In this document: in pieces, positions 10,681 through 20,917 of the stretch
Numbering within the stretch: the first letter of the stretch is position 1
How the letters are laid out: each line of letters starts with the position of its first letter
From: an uncultured delta proteobacterium
Lineage (GTDB): Bacteria; Myxococcota; Myxococcia; Myxococcales; Anaeromyxobacteraceae
DNA length: 64,000 bases
Assembly: GCA_963828255.1 (NCBI GenBank)
Contig: CAWHDZ010000015.1
Coordinates: 128,001 to 192,000, forward strand
Reading direction: 5' to 3'
Position numbers and translations under genes: made by a program
The notes under the pieces: model-generated
Seen by the model: the letters and a program-made list of their open reading frames with translations, nothing else
Database searches by the model: none
Told to the model about the DNA's origin: nothing

Positions 10681-12003
10681 TCATCGCGGCATCTCCCCTT
10701 CGGGGAGATCCCGCTGCTGGAAGGGCGCCACCCGCTGCAGGAAGATGAATCCGGGGGCCGCCAGCAACGCCGCGGTGACGAAGAACCACTCGTATCCGAG
10801 CGCCTCGGCCATCCAGCCGCTGGGCGGTCCGGAGAGCGTCCTCCCCAGCCCGAAGAGGCTGGAGAGCAAGGCGTACTGCGCCGCCGCGTAGCGCCTGTCG
10901 CACAGGCGGGTCACGTAGGCGAGGAGCGCCGACGTGGCCATGCCCTGCGAGGCGTATTCGCCGGCGATGGCCAGGTAGGTGGCCGCCCGGGTGGCCGCCG
11001 ACACGGTCGCGCCCCCGCAGAGCGCCACGTCGGTGACCCCGGGGTGGGTGGCCGCGGCCAGCGCGTAGAGCAGGTTGCCGCCGGCCTGGGCGAAGCCGAA
11101 GACCCAGAGCGCGCGCCCGATGCCGAGCTTCGTCATCAGGGCCGCGCCCGCCCCGGCGCCGGCGATGGTGGCCGCGGTGCCGATGGTCTTCACCATGAGG
11201 CCGATCTCGGCGTTCCCGAAGCACAGGTCCTTCAGGAACGGGTTGACCATCGACCCGCCCAGGTTGTCGCCGAACTTGTAGAAGACCAGGAAGAAGGCCA
11301 CCTCGACGGCGCGGCTGCGGCCGAAGAAGTTCCGGAAGGGCTCCACCACCGCCTCCTGGAAGGTGCGGGGCGCGGCGACGACGACCCGGGGCTCAGGGGC
11401 GGCGAGGGTGAGCAGGACGAGAAGCGCGAAGACCGCGCCGAGCGAGGCGAAGACCCAGGCCCAGGGGAGCCACTCCGAGGCGAAGATGGCCAGCGCCCCG
11501 GCCACCAGCATGCCGATCCGGTACCACATGATGCGGAGGCCGCTGGCCGGGCCCACCTCGTCCTTCTCCAGCACCTCGACGGTGTAGGCGTCGAGCGCGA
11601 TGTCCTGGGTGGCCGAGAAGAAGGCGATGGCCAGCGCCAGGAGCGCGACCCCGGTGGCCGCCCCGGCCACGAGCACGTCGTGCCCGGCCGGGCCCGGGAC
11701 CAGGTGGCGCGACACGTAGGCGGCCAGCGCGCCCAGCGAGGCGGTCAGGGCGAGCTGCATGGCGGCGATCCAGCCGCGGCGGCGCCCCAGCCAGGGGAGG
11801 GCGAAACGGTCCACCAGCGGCGCCCAGAGGAACTTGAAGGACCAGGGGATCGAGACCACCTGGAGGAGGCCGATGGTCTTCAGGCTCACCCCGGCGCCGC
11901 GCAGGAACACCTGGAGGGTGTTCATGACGAAGCCGAGCGGCATGCCCGAGGAGAGCATGAGCAGTCCGGCGAACTGGACGCGGCGGCTGCGCAGGGCGGA
12001 CAT
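10681..12003 (-). CDS. ampG: AmpG-family muropeptide MFS transporter
   Basis: SSGMPLG, KFLWAPLVD, SATQDIALDAY, FYKFGD, AQYALLSS. Confidence 0.88.
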   Translation of the reverse strand: MSALRSRRVQFAGLLMLSSGMPLGFVMNTLQVFLRGAGVSLKTIGLLQVVSIPWSFKFLWAPLVDRFALPWLGRRRGWIAAMQLALTASLGALAAYVSRHLVPGPAGHDVLVAGAATGVALLALAIAFFSATQDIALDAYTVEVLEKDEVGPASGLRIMWYRIGMLVAGALAIFASEWLPWAWVFASLGAVFALLVLLTLAAPEPRVVVAAPRTFQEAVVEPFRNFFGRSRAVEVAFFLVFYKFGDNLGGSMVNPFLKDLCFGNAEIGLMVKTIGTAATIAGAGAGAALMTKLGIGRALWVFGFAQAGGNLLYALAAATHPGVTDVALCGGATVSAATRAATYLAIAGEYASQGMATSALLAYVTRLCDRRYAAAQYALLSSLFGLGRTLSGPPSGWMAEALGYEWFFVTAALLAAPGFIFLQRVAPFQQRDLPEGEMPR

Positions 12004-12015
12004 CGCCGCGGGACT

Positions 12016-13737
12016 CTACCCCGGCCGAACCCGTGCCGCGAACTCCGCGGAGGGGAGCGTGTTCAGCACCTCGCCCCGGGTCACCCAGGCGCGCCGCGCC
12101 GTCATGACCGCGTAGGGAAGGTTCTGGAGGCCGGCCACCGAGTGGGCGTCGGTGGAGAGCACGAGGGGGATGCCGCGCTCCCGAGCCAGGCGCAGGTGGC
12201 GGGGCTCCATGTCGAGCCGGTGCGGGTCGCCGTTCACCTCGATGGCGACGCGCGACGCGGCCGCCGCATCCAGCACCTTCTCCATGTCGAGGCCGTAGGG
12301 TTCCCGCTCGAGGAGCAGCCGCCCGGTGGCGTGCCCCCAGATCTTGAAGATCGGAAGCTCGAGCATGCGGACCATGCGCCGGGTCATCTGCTCCTGGTCC
12401 ATCTTCATGCGGGAGTGGACGCTGGCCACGACCACGTCGAGCTTCTCCAGCACCGCGTCGGGCCAGTCGAGCGCGCCGGTCTCGAGGATGTCGGCCTCGG
12501 TCCCGCGCAGCAGCCGGATGCCGACCTTCTCCTGGACCCGCGCGATCTCCTCCCACTGCGCCTCGAGCCGGGCCAGGTCGAGTCCCCCGGCGTAGGCGGC
12601 GCTGCGGCTGTGGTCGGTGACGGTGAGGTACGCCATGCCCATGTCCTCGGCGGCCCGGGCCATCTCCTCGATCGAGGCCCGGCCGTCCGACCAGGAGGTG
12701 TGCACGTGGACCATGCCCTTCACGTCCTCGACCGTCACCAGGTCGGTGGGCAGCCGCCCCTCGCGGGCGGCCTCGATCTCGCCCGAGTCCTGCCGAAGCT
12801 CCGGCGGGATGGGCTCGAGCCCGAGGGCGCGGTAGACGTCCTCCTCGGCCTGGATCGGGACCTTCCCGCCTCCGTCGAGCCGCTCCAGCCCCCATTCGCT
12901 CAGGGTGAACCCGAGGTCCCGGGCCAGGCCGCGCAGCCGCACGTTGTGCTCCTTCGACCCGGTCATGTGGTGCAGCAGGCTCGCGTACTCCGCGGGAGGC
13001 ACCACCCGGAGGTCCACCGAGAGGCCGCCGGCCAGGCGCACCGTGGTCTTGGTGTCCCCCTTCGCCACCACCGATTCCACCCCGGGGGCGGCGGCGAGCG
13101 CGTCGGAGAGGCGCGCCGGCTCGACCGACGAGGCCACGATGTCGAGGTCGCCGACCGTCTCCTTCCAGCGGCGGGCCGATCCGGCCAGCTCGACCCGGTC
13201 GGCGGCCCCGGTGGCCCGCAGCAGCCGGACCAGCTTGTAACCGATCTCCCGCGCGTCGGAGAGGCGGAACCGGGTGGCGGCGGTGCGCATCCGGTGGATG
13301 CCATCGAGGATCTTCTTCTCGGTCCTCTCGCCGAAGCCCTTCACCTCGCGGACCCGCCCATCCTTGCAGGCGGCCGCCAGCTCGTCCACGCCGGCGATCC
13401 CGAGCGCGGCGTGGAGCGCGGCGATCTTCTTCGGCCCCAGGTCGGGGATGCGCAGCAGCTCGCCGATCCCGGCCGGCAGCTGGCCGCGCACCCGGTCGAG
13501 CAGCTCGAGCCTCCCGGTGCGGGCCAGCTCCTCGATCTTCCCGGCCAGCGCCTTGCCGATGCCCGGCAGCTCGGTGAGCGTGCCGGCGGCGATGACCTCG
13601 TCGAGGTCCCCGGGCAGCTCCTCCAGCGCGCGCGCGCCGTTCTCGTAGGCCCGGACCTTGAAGGGGTTCTCCCCCTGCACCTCGAGGAGCAACCCCAGCT
13701 CGCGGAGCGCACCGGCCACGGCGATCTTGTCGGCCAT
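12016..13737 (-). CDS. polX: DNA polymerase X with PHP domain
   Basis: ENPFKVRAY, HhH motifs, GSARR...GDLDI, VDLRVV, HMTGSKEHN, PHP motifs HVHTSWSDG/TDHS/STDAH; ATG at 13737. Confidence 0.93.
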   Translation of the reverse strand: MADKIAVAGALRELGLLLEVQGENPFKVRAYENGARALEELPGDLDEVIAAGTLTELPGIGKALAGKIEELARTGRLELLDRVRGQLPAGIGELLRIPDLGPKKIAALHAALGIAGVDELAAACKDGRVREVKGFGERTEKKILDGIHRMRTAATRFRLSDAREIGYKLVRLLRATGAADRVELAGSARRWKETVGDLDIVASSVEPARLSDALAAAPGVESVVAKGDTKTTVRLAGGLSVDLRVVPPAEYASLLHHMTGSKEHNVRLRGLARDLGFTLSEWGLERLDGGGKVPIQAEEDVYRALGLEPIPPELRQDSGEIEAAREGRLPTDLVTVEDVKGMVHVHTSWSDGRASIEEMARAAEDMGMAYLTVTDHSRSAAYAGGLDLARLEAQWEEIARVQEKVGIRLLRGTEADILETGALDWPDAVLEKLDVVVASVHSRMKMDQEQMTRRMVRMLELPIFKIWGHATGRLLLEREPYGLDMEKVLDAAAASRVAIEVNGDPHRLDMEPRHLRLARERGIPLVLSTDAHSVAGLQNLPYAVMTARRAWVTRGEVLNTLPSAEFAARVRPG

Positions 13738-13760
13738 GCCCGGATGTATAACCACGGGAC

Positions 13761-14864
13761 CTACTCGATCGTCGATCCCGTGACCGTCATCGCTCCGGAA
13801 AGCACGAAGAACCCGGGCAGGGACTGGACGTCGATCCCCGGATTCGAGCGGAACGTGGACCGGTCGAGGACGACCGAACCAGTCCGGTCGTTGCTCACGA
13901 AGAACACGGCTCCGGCGAGCTCGCGGGCGGAGTTTCCGGATACCTCGCTCCCGCAGACCGTGAGCGTGTAGGTGTTCCCGTCGTTGTAGATCGCTCCGCC
14001 GCTTCCTCCCCCGGGAGCGCCGGCGCGCGCCGGGTTCTGGCCGGCTCCGACCGCCTGGTTGCCCGTGAAGACCCCGTTCAGCACGGTCCAGGAGACGCCG
14101 ATGCTGCCGAGTGCGCCGCCGTTCGATCCGACGTTGCCGCGGCCGGGTGCGCCGAAGGTGCTGTCGACGACGTGGACCGGTCCAGCCTGCTGGAACGCGA
14201 AGATGGCCCCGCCGGCCACGTCGGGACCCGTCGCGGCGCAACGGTTCCCGAGGAAGACGCTGCTCACGACCTTGAGCTGGCCACTCCGGGCGTAGATCGC
14301 TCCGCCTCCGAGCGCCGGGTCGTCCGCGGCGCCGTCGGCGAAGGTGATGTTCTGCACCACCAGGCGCGGGTGCGGGTAGTCCTGGCAGTGGTCGGTGATC
14401 CAGTGCTGGGCCGGGTCGCAGCCGTTCATGTAGAGGATCCGGTGTCTCCCGCCGCCCGAGAGGGTCACCTTCCCCCCGCCGTCGATGATGAGGTCGCCGT
14501 TCCGGCTGACGCCGGCGTCGTTCACGAGCTTCACCTCGCGCGGCAAGGTGATCGTGACCGGATCCGGTCCGCAGTCGAACGTCACCACACCGGCCCGGGC
14601 GACGGCAGCCTCGAACGCCTCGGGAGTGCAGCTGGCCGGCGTCCCGGCGCCGACGACGGTGGTGGGGTGCGACACGTCCTCGGCGAGGCCACCGGCCGGA
14701 ACCGCGCACGGGCGGTCCGGGTTTCCGGCGGGGATCTGCGGACCCGGCGTCACCGTCACGCCGCCGACGGCGTCCCCGCCGCCGCCGCACGCCGCAGCAG
14801 CAGCGGACAGGATGGCGAGGGCGAGGACCGCGGAAGGGCCGGGAACGCGCTGCATCCCGGACAT
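13761..14864 (-). CDS. Putative lipoprotein with GGAI-repeat beta-helix (pectin-lyase-like) domain
   Basis: Signal peptide ending AAAAC; repeated GGAIY/GGAIF/GGALG motifs. Confidence 0.6.
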   Translation of the reverse strand: MSGMQRVPGPSAVLALAILSAAAAACGGGGDAVGGVTVTPGPQIPAGNPDRPCAVPAGGLAEDVSHPTTVVGAGTPASCTPEAFEAAVARAGVVTFDCGPDPVTITLPREVKLVNDAGVSRNGDLIIDGGGKVTLSGGGRHRILYMNGCDPAQHWITDHCQDYPHPRLVVQNITFADGAADDPALGGGAIYARSGQLKVVSSVFLGNRCAATGPDVAGGAIFAFQQAGPVHVVDSTFGAPGRGNVGSNGGALGSIGVSWTVLNGVFTGNQAVGAGQNPARAGAPGGGSGGAIYNDGNTYTLTVCGSEVSGNSARELAGAVFFVSNDRTGSVVLDRSTFRSNPGIDVQSLPGFFVLSGAMTVTGSTIE

Positions 14865-14989
14865 TCTTCACGGCGCGGCCGGCCCGTCCAGTCGGCCGGA
14901 GCCCGGCCGGAACCCGGCCGGAACCCGGGGGAGCCGCCGCCGGCCCGTGCGGCATCCCGCGGGTGGCGGTATAACTCTGCGAGCCCGCC

Positions 14990-15613
14990 ATGACGTCGAG
15001 AACCATCGCCTTCACCACCCTCGCCGTCCTCGCCGGTGCGTGCGCCAGCCCGCAGCCGGTCACCTGGTCGCAGATAAGCCCCCCGGTGGCCTACGTCGAG
15101 ACGCTGCCCCCCGAGGCGCTGGTCGCCGTGAACGGCGTCGAGGTGGGGAAGGGCAGCGTGGCCTTCCCGGTGCCGGACGAGTCGAGGGGCTACGCGATCC
15201 GCGCCACCGCTCCGGGCTTCGAGCCGCTCGAGAGCACCGTCCCCGGGTCGAAGCTGGCCGGTACGCGGCTCGAGCTGGTGCTGCGTCCGGAGGGCTTCGG
15301 CAGCCAGCGCCACCTCGCCGCCGGCGAGCCGGTGGGGCTCCTGCAGGCGGCCGCCGCGCTCCTCCGGGCCGACCGTCCGGCCGACGCCATCACCTTCGCC
15401 CGGGCGTCGCTTGCCGTCGGGGATTCGCCCCAGGGGCACAAGGTGTGCGGCCAGGCTTACCGCCGCCTGGGCAAGCGCGACCTGGCCATCAAGGAGTTCA
15501 GCCTCTACCTCTCGCTCGCGCCCGACGCCCCGGACCGCAAGGCCGTCGAGGACGCCATCTCGGCCGCGAGCAGGGACATCGACATGGCCGCGCCCAAGGC
15601 GCGGCTGGAGTGA
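14990..15613 (+). CDS. Putative lipoprotein with PEGA-like and TPR-like segments
   Basis: Lipobox LAGAC; VETLPPEALVAVNG (PEGA-like); C-terminal AIKEFSLYLSLAPDAPD (TPR-like). Confidence 0.6.
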   Translation: MTSRTIAFTTLAVLAGACASPQPVTWSQISPPVAYVETLPPEALVAVNGVEVGKGSVAFPVPDESRGYAIRATAPGFEPLESTVPGSKLAGTRLELVLRPEGFGSQRHLAAGEPVGLLQAAAALLRADRPADAITFARASLAVGDSPQGHKVCGQAYRRLGKRDLAIKEFSLYLSLAPDAPDRKAVEDAISAASRDIDMAAPKARLE

Positions 15614-16155
15614 CGGAGGTCCCCCTGGGACACGAGGAACACCGCCAATCCGGAGCCCGCCCGGTCCGGGTTTACGTCGTCACCGCCTCCGACTCGCGGG
15701 GGGAGGCCGAGGACGCGAGCGGTGCCTGGCTCAAGGCCGCTCTGGCCGCGGCGGGGCACGTGCTGGCCGGCTACCGGATCGTGCCGGACGAGCCGGAGCT
15801 GGTCCGCGGGGCGCTGGCCGCGGCGGCGGAGGCCGGGGCGGAGGCCGTCATCGTGAACGGCGGGACCGGCATCTCCGGGCGCGACCGGACCTACGAGGCG
15901 GTGTCCGGGCTCCTCGAGAAGCGGCTCGACGGCTTCGGGGAGCTCTTCCGGATGCTCTCCTTCCAGGAGATCGGGAGCGCCGCCATGCTCTCCCGTGCGG
16001 TGGCCGGGACCTGGCAGGGTCGGGCCGTCTTCTCGGTGCCGGGGTCCACCGCCGCGGTCCGGCTCGCCTGGGAGAAGCTCATCGGGCCGGAGCTCGGACA
16101 CGTGGTCTTCGAGCTCGCCAGGCACGCGCCGGGCGCCCGGCGCCACGGCGGGTAG
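15610..16155 (+). CDS. moaB: MoaB/Mog family molybdenum cofactor biosynthesis protein
   Basis: VTASDSR, VNGGTGISGRDRTYEA, GFGELFR, SRAVAG, PGS; start either GTG 15610 or CTG 15625. Confidence 0.9.
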   Translation: MTEVPLGHEEHRQSGARPVRVYVVTASDSRGEAEDASGAWLKAALAAAGHVLAGYRIVPDEPELVRGALAAAAEAGAEAVIVNGGTGISGRDRTYEAVSGLLEKRLDGFGELFRMLSFQEIGSAAMLSRAVAGTWQGRAVFSVPGSTAAVRLAWEKLIGPELGHVVFELARHAPGARRHGG

Positions 16156-16158
16156 CGC

Positions 16159-17109
16159 ATGGCCCCGCGGAGACCGCGCCCCTCCCGTGACCGAGCGGCG
16201 CGGCTGGCGCCGCTTCTCGACCTGTTCCAGCGCGGATTCGACTCCGCCGCCCGCCTCCCCGCAGACCCCGTGGAGTTCCCGCGCCGGTACGCCGACCCGG
16301 GCGACGCCGAGGTGGCCGGGCTGCTCGCCGCCTGCCTGGCCTACGGCAGGGCGGACGTCTTCAAGGGCAAGGTGGAGCAGGTGCTGGCGGCCGGGGAAGG
16401 ATCCCCGGCCGCCTTCGCCGCCCGGCTGGCGCGGGACCCCGACGCGCGGGTGCTCTCCGGCATCCGCTACCGGTTCAACACCGGCGAGGACGTCGCGGCG
16501 CTCCTGGCGGCGGCGGGGTGGATCCGGGCGGGACACGGGTCGCTGGGAGCCCGGTTCGCAGCCTTGCTCGGCGAGGCAGGAGCCGGGGAGGGGAGCGGTG
16601 CGGGGAAGCCGCCGCTGCGCGAGGCGCTCACCCGGTTCGCAGCCGAGCTCCGGTCCGCCCCGCCGGCGCTCACGATCCTGCGGGAGCGGGGCCTCCGCGG
16701 GCTTCGCCACCTCTGCCCCGACCCGTCCGCGGGAGGGGCCGCCAAGCGCTGGAACCTCTACCTGCGCTGGATGGTGCGGGGGCCGGACGGCGTGGACCTG
16801 GGGATCTGGCGGGACGTGGCTCCGGCGGTCCTGGTCGTCCCGCTCGACACCCACGTGGCCCGGGTGGCGCGAAGGCTCGGCCTCACCCGCCGGAAGGATC
16901 TCTCCTGGCGCACCGCCGAGGAGGTGACGGCGGCGCTCCGGGTGGCCGACCCGCTCGACCCGGTGCGCTTCGACTTCGCCCTCTGCCACCTGGGGATGAG
17001 CGGACGTTGCCCGCCGCGCCGCGCCCCGGAACGCTGCGCGGCCTGCGGGCTCAGGGAGGGCTGCCCGGCGGGCCGAGGTAGCCGCAGCGCCAGAGCCGGA
17101 AGGTGGTGA
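16159..17109 (+). CDS. TIGR02757-family protein with C-terminal Cys cluster
   Basis: DPVEFPRRY, LAYGR, AKRWNLYLRWMVR, PLDTHV, DPVRFDFALCHLG, C-x8-C-x2-C-x5-C. Confidence 0.8.
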   Translation: MAPRRPRPSRDRAARLAPLLDLFQRGFDSAARLPADPVEFPRRYADPGDAEVAGLLAACLAYGRADVFKGKVEQVLAAGEGSPAAFAARLARDPDARVLSGIRYRFNTGEDVAALLAAAGWIRAGHGSLGARFAALLGEAGAGEGSGAGKPPLREALTRFAAELRSAPPALTILRERGLRGLRHLCPDPSAGGAAKRWNLYLRWMVRGPDGVDLGIWRDVAPAVLVVPLDTHVARVARRLGLTRRKDLSWRTAEEVTAALRVADPLDPVRFDFALCHLGMSGRCPPRRAPERCAACGLREGCPAGRGSRSARAGRW

Positions 17110-18527
17110 CCTTCTTGCCGGCCCGCTTCACCTCGAGCGGGGCGAGCGGGACGAGCGGGTCGCAGCGCTCGGCACGGGAGAGGCACCAGCCGGCGTCGCG
17201 GTCGTCGAGGACGACGAGCACCTCGCGCCCGATGAGCTCCCGCGGGTCGCGCCAGAAGTCGTAGGCCAGCCCCGGCTCGCCGAAGGCGTTGGAGGACCAG
17301 GTCTCGGGACGGCCGGGCAGGTTGAAGGCCAGAGTGCTGGCCGTCCGGTAGAAGCAGCCGATGACGGGCATGGGGCCGGCCACCCGCTGCTCCGCCTCCA
17401 CGCGCGCCGCAAGAATCCCTCCAGCCCGCCGTGGTGTCGTCGCGGGCCGGGAAGGGGAGCGCGGGCACGATGGGCATGAGGGTGAGGAAGAGGGTGGAAA
17501 AGGCGGCCAGCGAGACGGTCGCGATCATGAGGCCGCGCCACTTCCCGGGGTCGGCCACGTAGACCGCCACGGCGGCGAGCAGGGCGGTCGGGTAGACCGG
17601 TACGGCCCAGTTCATCTTCACCCAGTGGAAGGGGGAGACCACGATCCAGAGCGCCATCATGGGGACCGAGAAGAGGGCCATGAGGCGCATGGACTCCTCG
17701 CGCCACCGGCGGACCGCCACGACCATGGCCGCCAGGAGCACCAGGAAGAGGAGCGGCGAGACCACCAGCGCCTGGAGGCCGAAGAAGCGCCCCACCAGCA
17801 CCGGCTCGAACTGCATCTCCTGCCCGCGCTTGCCGAACTGAAATCCGAAGGAGGCCCAGCCGTGGGTGGCGTTCCAGATCACCACCGGCGAGAAGACCAG
17901 GAGCGAGAGGGCCGCGCCGGCCCAGGGCCAGGGGGTGGCGAGCATCCTCCGGCCCCGCGGGTCGAGGAGGAGCGCGGCCAGGATCTGCGGGAGCAGGAGG
18001 AAGCCGGTGTACTTGCCCAGCGCCGCCACCCCGGTGGAGAGCCCCGCGGCCAGCAGCCAGGCCGGGCGATCGTCCTGCAGCGCACGCACCGTGAAGTAGA
18101 AGGCGGCGATCCAGCCGGCCACCAGCGGCCCGTCGGGGGTGATGATGGTCTGGCCCAGGGAGAAGAACGGGGTGACCAGCATCATGGCGAGCGCGGCCAG
18201 GGCGGCCCGCGAGCCCAGCAGCCTTCGTCCGGCCAGGAAGAAGAAGAAGCAGAAGACCGCCGACCAGGATGCCGCGGCGAGGCGCACCACCCGCTCCGAG
18301 TCGCCCAGGAGGAGCGTGAAGGCCCGGATGGTCCAGGCCGCGGCGGGAGGATGGTCGAAGTAGGATAGGGCCGGGTGGCGCGCGTACTGCCAGTAATAGG
18401 CCTCCTGCGGCGAGAGCGGCAGGGAGCCGGCGTAGGCCACGTGCATGATCGTGGAGAAGGCCACGAGCAGGAAGGCGACCGCCGCGTCGGAGAGGGCGCG
18501 GCCGGGGGGCGGGGAGGGGAGGGTCAA
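17051..18527 (-). pseudogene. ArnT/PMT-like (GT-C) membrane glycosyltransferase with a frameshift near 17414 (real or sequencing error)
   Basis: PQEAYYWQY...YFDHPP, TPDGPL, LGKYT, PVVIWN; removing one base restores ...GWRDLAARVEAEQ... and joins ORF 17051-17401. Confidence 0.75.
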
Positions 18528-18541
18528 AGGCGGTCCGTTGG

Positions 18542-19423
18542 TCAGAGGCGCCGGGCCGACTGGCGCAGCTCGAGGGCGATCTCCCCGTCGCGGAAGACCC
18601 GCACCGTCCCGGTGGTCTGGGAGACGGTGACGGCGATGGCGGCGGGGATGGCGGCGGTCATCGCGGCGGCGGAGCGGTGGCGCGCGCCCAGCCCCATGGG
18701 GAGCCGGGCCTCGTTCTTCCCGGCCTGGAGGTAGCGGCCGGCCGCCAGGACCGTCCCGTCCTCGCGGATGACGAAGGCCCCGTCGAGGACGGCGAAGGTC
18801 TTGAGGGCGTCGCGGATGGTGGGGTCCATGACGTTCCGCTCCGACTCGCTCATCCCCTGGAACGGGTTCAGGGTGATCTGCCGGCTCTGCTCCATGACCC
18901 GGGGGGAGTCGCCCACGATGAAGATGGTGCCCACCGGGTGCCCCTCGTAGCCCTGCGCGCCCACCTCCAGGGCCACGTGGATGACCTGCTCCATCACCTG
19001 GGCGCTGTGGGTCTCGGGGAGGTCGAGGGCGTTCACCTGGACCCGGTCCTCCTCGTCGTCGTCGCCGATGCAGATGCGCACCAGGGTGTCGAGGCTCCGG
19101 TCGTGCCCGGCCAGCGCCAGCACCGTGTCCCCCTCCTTCACGAGCCCCTCGCTCTGGCAGGCCACGATGGCGACCCGGACCTTCTCCACGCGGGAGTAGC
19201 CGAAGGGGGGGATGGCCACGGCCGAGAACTTCAGATTGGTGAGCTGCTGGGCCAGCCCCTCGGAGGTGACGGCGTAGACCAGCTTCCTCTTGATGGGGCG
19301 GCCGCGGAGGTCGCTGGTGGCCAGCGGGGTGTCGGAGACGTAGACCAGCCGGTCCACCTCGGGGCGGGCCGCCAGGGACAGCGCGTTCTTCACGAACTCC
19401 CGCTCGATCCGTCCCTCGGCCAT
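18542..19423 (-). CDS. Diadenylate cyclase (DisA_N domain, DacZ-like architecture)
   Basis: EGHPVGTIFIVGD, LDGAFVI (DGA), LGARHRSAAA (RHR), VSQTTG. Confidence 0.85.
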   Translation of the reverse strand: MAEGRIEREFVKNALSLAARPEVDRLVYVSDTPLATSDLRGRPIKRKLVYAVTSEGLAQQLTNLKFSAVAIPPFGYSRVEKVRVAIVACQSEGLVKEGDTVLALAGHDRSLDTLVRICIGDDDEEDRVQVNALDLPETHSAQVMEQVIHVALEVGAQGYEGHPVGTIFIVGDSPRVMEQSRQITLNPFQGMSESERNVMDPTIRDALKTFAVLDGAFVIREDGTVLAAGRYLQAGKNEARLPMGLGARHRSAAAMTAAIPAAIAVTVSQTTGTVRVFRDGEIALELRQSARRL

Positions 19424-19451
19424 GGTTCCGGTCTAGCATGTTCGTCCGTCC

Positions 19452-19480
19452 TTGACAGCATGGGGGGGCGCGACTAGCCT
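19452..19480 (+). promoter_or_regulatory. Putative sigma70 promoter upstream of dksA (TTGACA-17-TAGCCT)
   Basis: Consensus -35 TTGACA at 19452-19457, 17-bp spacer, TAGCCT at 19475-19480. Confidence 0.55.
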
Positions 19481-19539
19481 CCCCGTTCCTTTTTCCATGC
19501 TGCGCCCGGCGGATGCACCGCGCCGAGAGGGGTGGTCGC

Positions 19540-19902
19540 TTGAACAAGAAGGACCTGAAGCGGTTCAAGACGATGCTCGAGGAGTCGAAGCGGCAGCTTC
19601 TCGCCTCGGCGAAGAAGACGCTCTCGGAGGAGTCGAGCTTCGACACCAACGAGCTGCCCGACGAGATCGACCAGGCCTCCAGCGAGTACCAGCAGTCGAT
19701 GATCTTCCGCCTTCGCGACCGGGAGAAGTTCCTGCTCGCCAAGATCGAGAAGGCCCTGAGCCGGATCGAGAGCGGGGCCTTCGGCATCTGCGAGCGCTGC
19801 GAGGAGGAGATCTCCCCCAAGCGGCTCGAGGCCCGGCCCGTGACCACGCTCTGCATCCGCTGCAAGGAAGAGCAGGAGCAGGCCGAGAAGAGCTTCGGGT
19901 AG
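19540..19902 (+). CDS. dksA: DksA/TraR C4 zinc-finger protein
   Basis: PDEIDQA coiled-coil tip, FGICERC...RLEARP...LCIRC; TTG start at 19540 (alternative ATG 19513). Confidence 0.9.
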   Translation: MNKKDLKRFKTMLEESKRQLLASAKKTLSEESSFDTNELPDEIDQASSEYQQSMIFRLRDREKFLLAKIEKALSRIESGAFGICERCEEEISPKRLEARPVTTLCIRCKEEQEQAEKSFG

Positions 19903-19905
19903 CCG

Positions 19906-20808
19906 TCAGGGCTCGACGCGAAGCAGCTGCATCCCCAGGAGCACCTGGTCGCCCGGGCCGATCTCGGTGGGCCCGTTCACGCGCAGGAACGTGCCGTTGG
20001 AGCTGCCCAGGTCGGTGACGGTCACCGCCGTCTCGCCCACGTCCACGCGGGCGTGGCGCCCCGACACGTAGCGGTCTCCCGGGAAGGCCACCTCGCCGGT
20101 CTCCCGTCCGATGGCGTTGGCCCCGGCGCGCAGCGGGACGACCTCGCCGGTGCCGCCCCCCTCGAGGAGCTGGATCAGGCGGGCCCGGTAGCCGGGATCG
20201 GCCGAACCCCAGGGGGTGCCGGGGGCGCCGGACACCGACGGCCGCGGCATGGGCTCGAGCCGGAGCAGCTGCCGGCCCAGCCGGATCTCGTCCCCGAAGG
20301 TGAGGGAGCGCGGGGTGCGCAGCCGCAGGAAGGTCCCGGAGCTCGAGCCCAGGTCCTCGACGCGGATCCGGCCTTCACGGACAGTGATAGCGGCGTGGCG
20401 GGGTGAGACCGAGCCGTCCTCGGGGAGCAGCAGGTCCCCGTCTCGCCGGCCGCACACCGTCACCTCCCTGTCCAGGGTGTGCACGGCCCCTGGCAGGCCG
20501 TCGTGCCGGATGAGCACCAGGCGGGGCGGCGGGACCGGCGGCGGAGGCGGCGCCGGGGGCGCGGCGGCCTCCGGAACGAGGACGGCGGGCATCCGTGGGG
20601 CCGAGGGGTGGGTGGGCCGGCGGGGGGGCGTGGGATTGGAGGGCTGGCCGCAGTTCCCGCAGAAGCGGAAGGAGGCGGGGAGCTTCGTGCCGCAGCGGGT
20701 GCAGGCCCGGGCCGCCTCGGCCGCGAGCGGCTGGCCGCAGCCGCTGCAGTAGGTGAAGGAGGGATCGTTCTCCAGGCCGCAGCGCGTGCAGGTGGGTGCC
20801 GGCTCCAT
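19906..20808 (-). CDS. Double zinc-ribbon plus tandem FHA domain protein
   Basis: CTRCG..CSGCG..CTRCG..CGNCG; GR...SPRHA...DLGSSSGTF; GR...SGRHA...DLGSSNGTF. Confidence 0.85.
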   Translation of the reverse strand: MEPAPTCTRCGLENDPSFTYCSGCGQPLAAEAARACTRCGTKLPASFRFCGNCGQPSNPTPPRRPTHPSAPRMPAVLVPEAAAPPAPPPPPVPPPRLVLIRHDGLPGAVHTLDREVTVCGRRDGDLLLPEDGSVSPRHAAITVREGRIRVEDLGSSSGTFLRLRTPRSLTFGDEIRLGRQLLRLEPMPRPSVSGAPGTPWGSADPGYRARLIQLLEGGGTGEVVPLRAGANAIGRETGEVAFPGDRYVSGRHARVDVGETAVTVTDLGSSNGTFLRVNGPTEIGPGDQVLLGMQLLRVEP

Positions 20809-20917
20809 GAAAGGCACACTTATCGCCTGCAAACGGCCCGGTCAAACGTCCCGGTCGCCTGAGGGATTGGGTGTACCATCCCGGCGGTTCGATCCGAGAA
20901 CGAGGGGGCGAGACACC

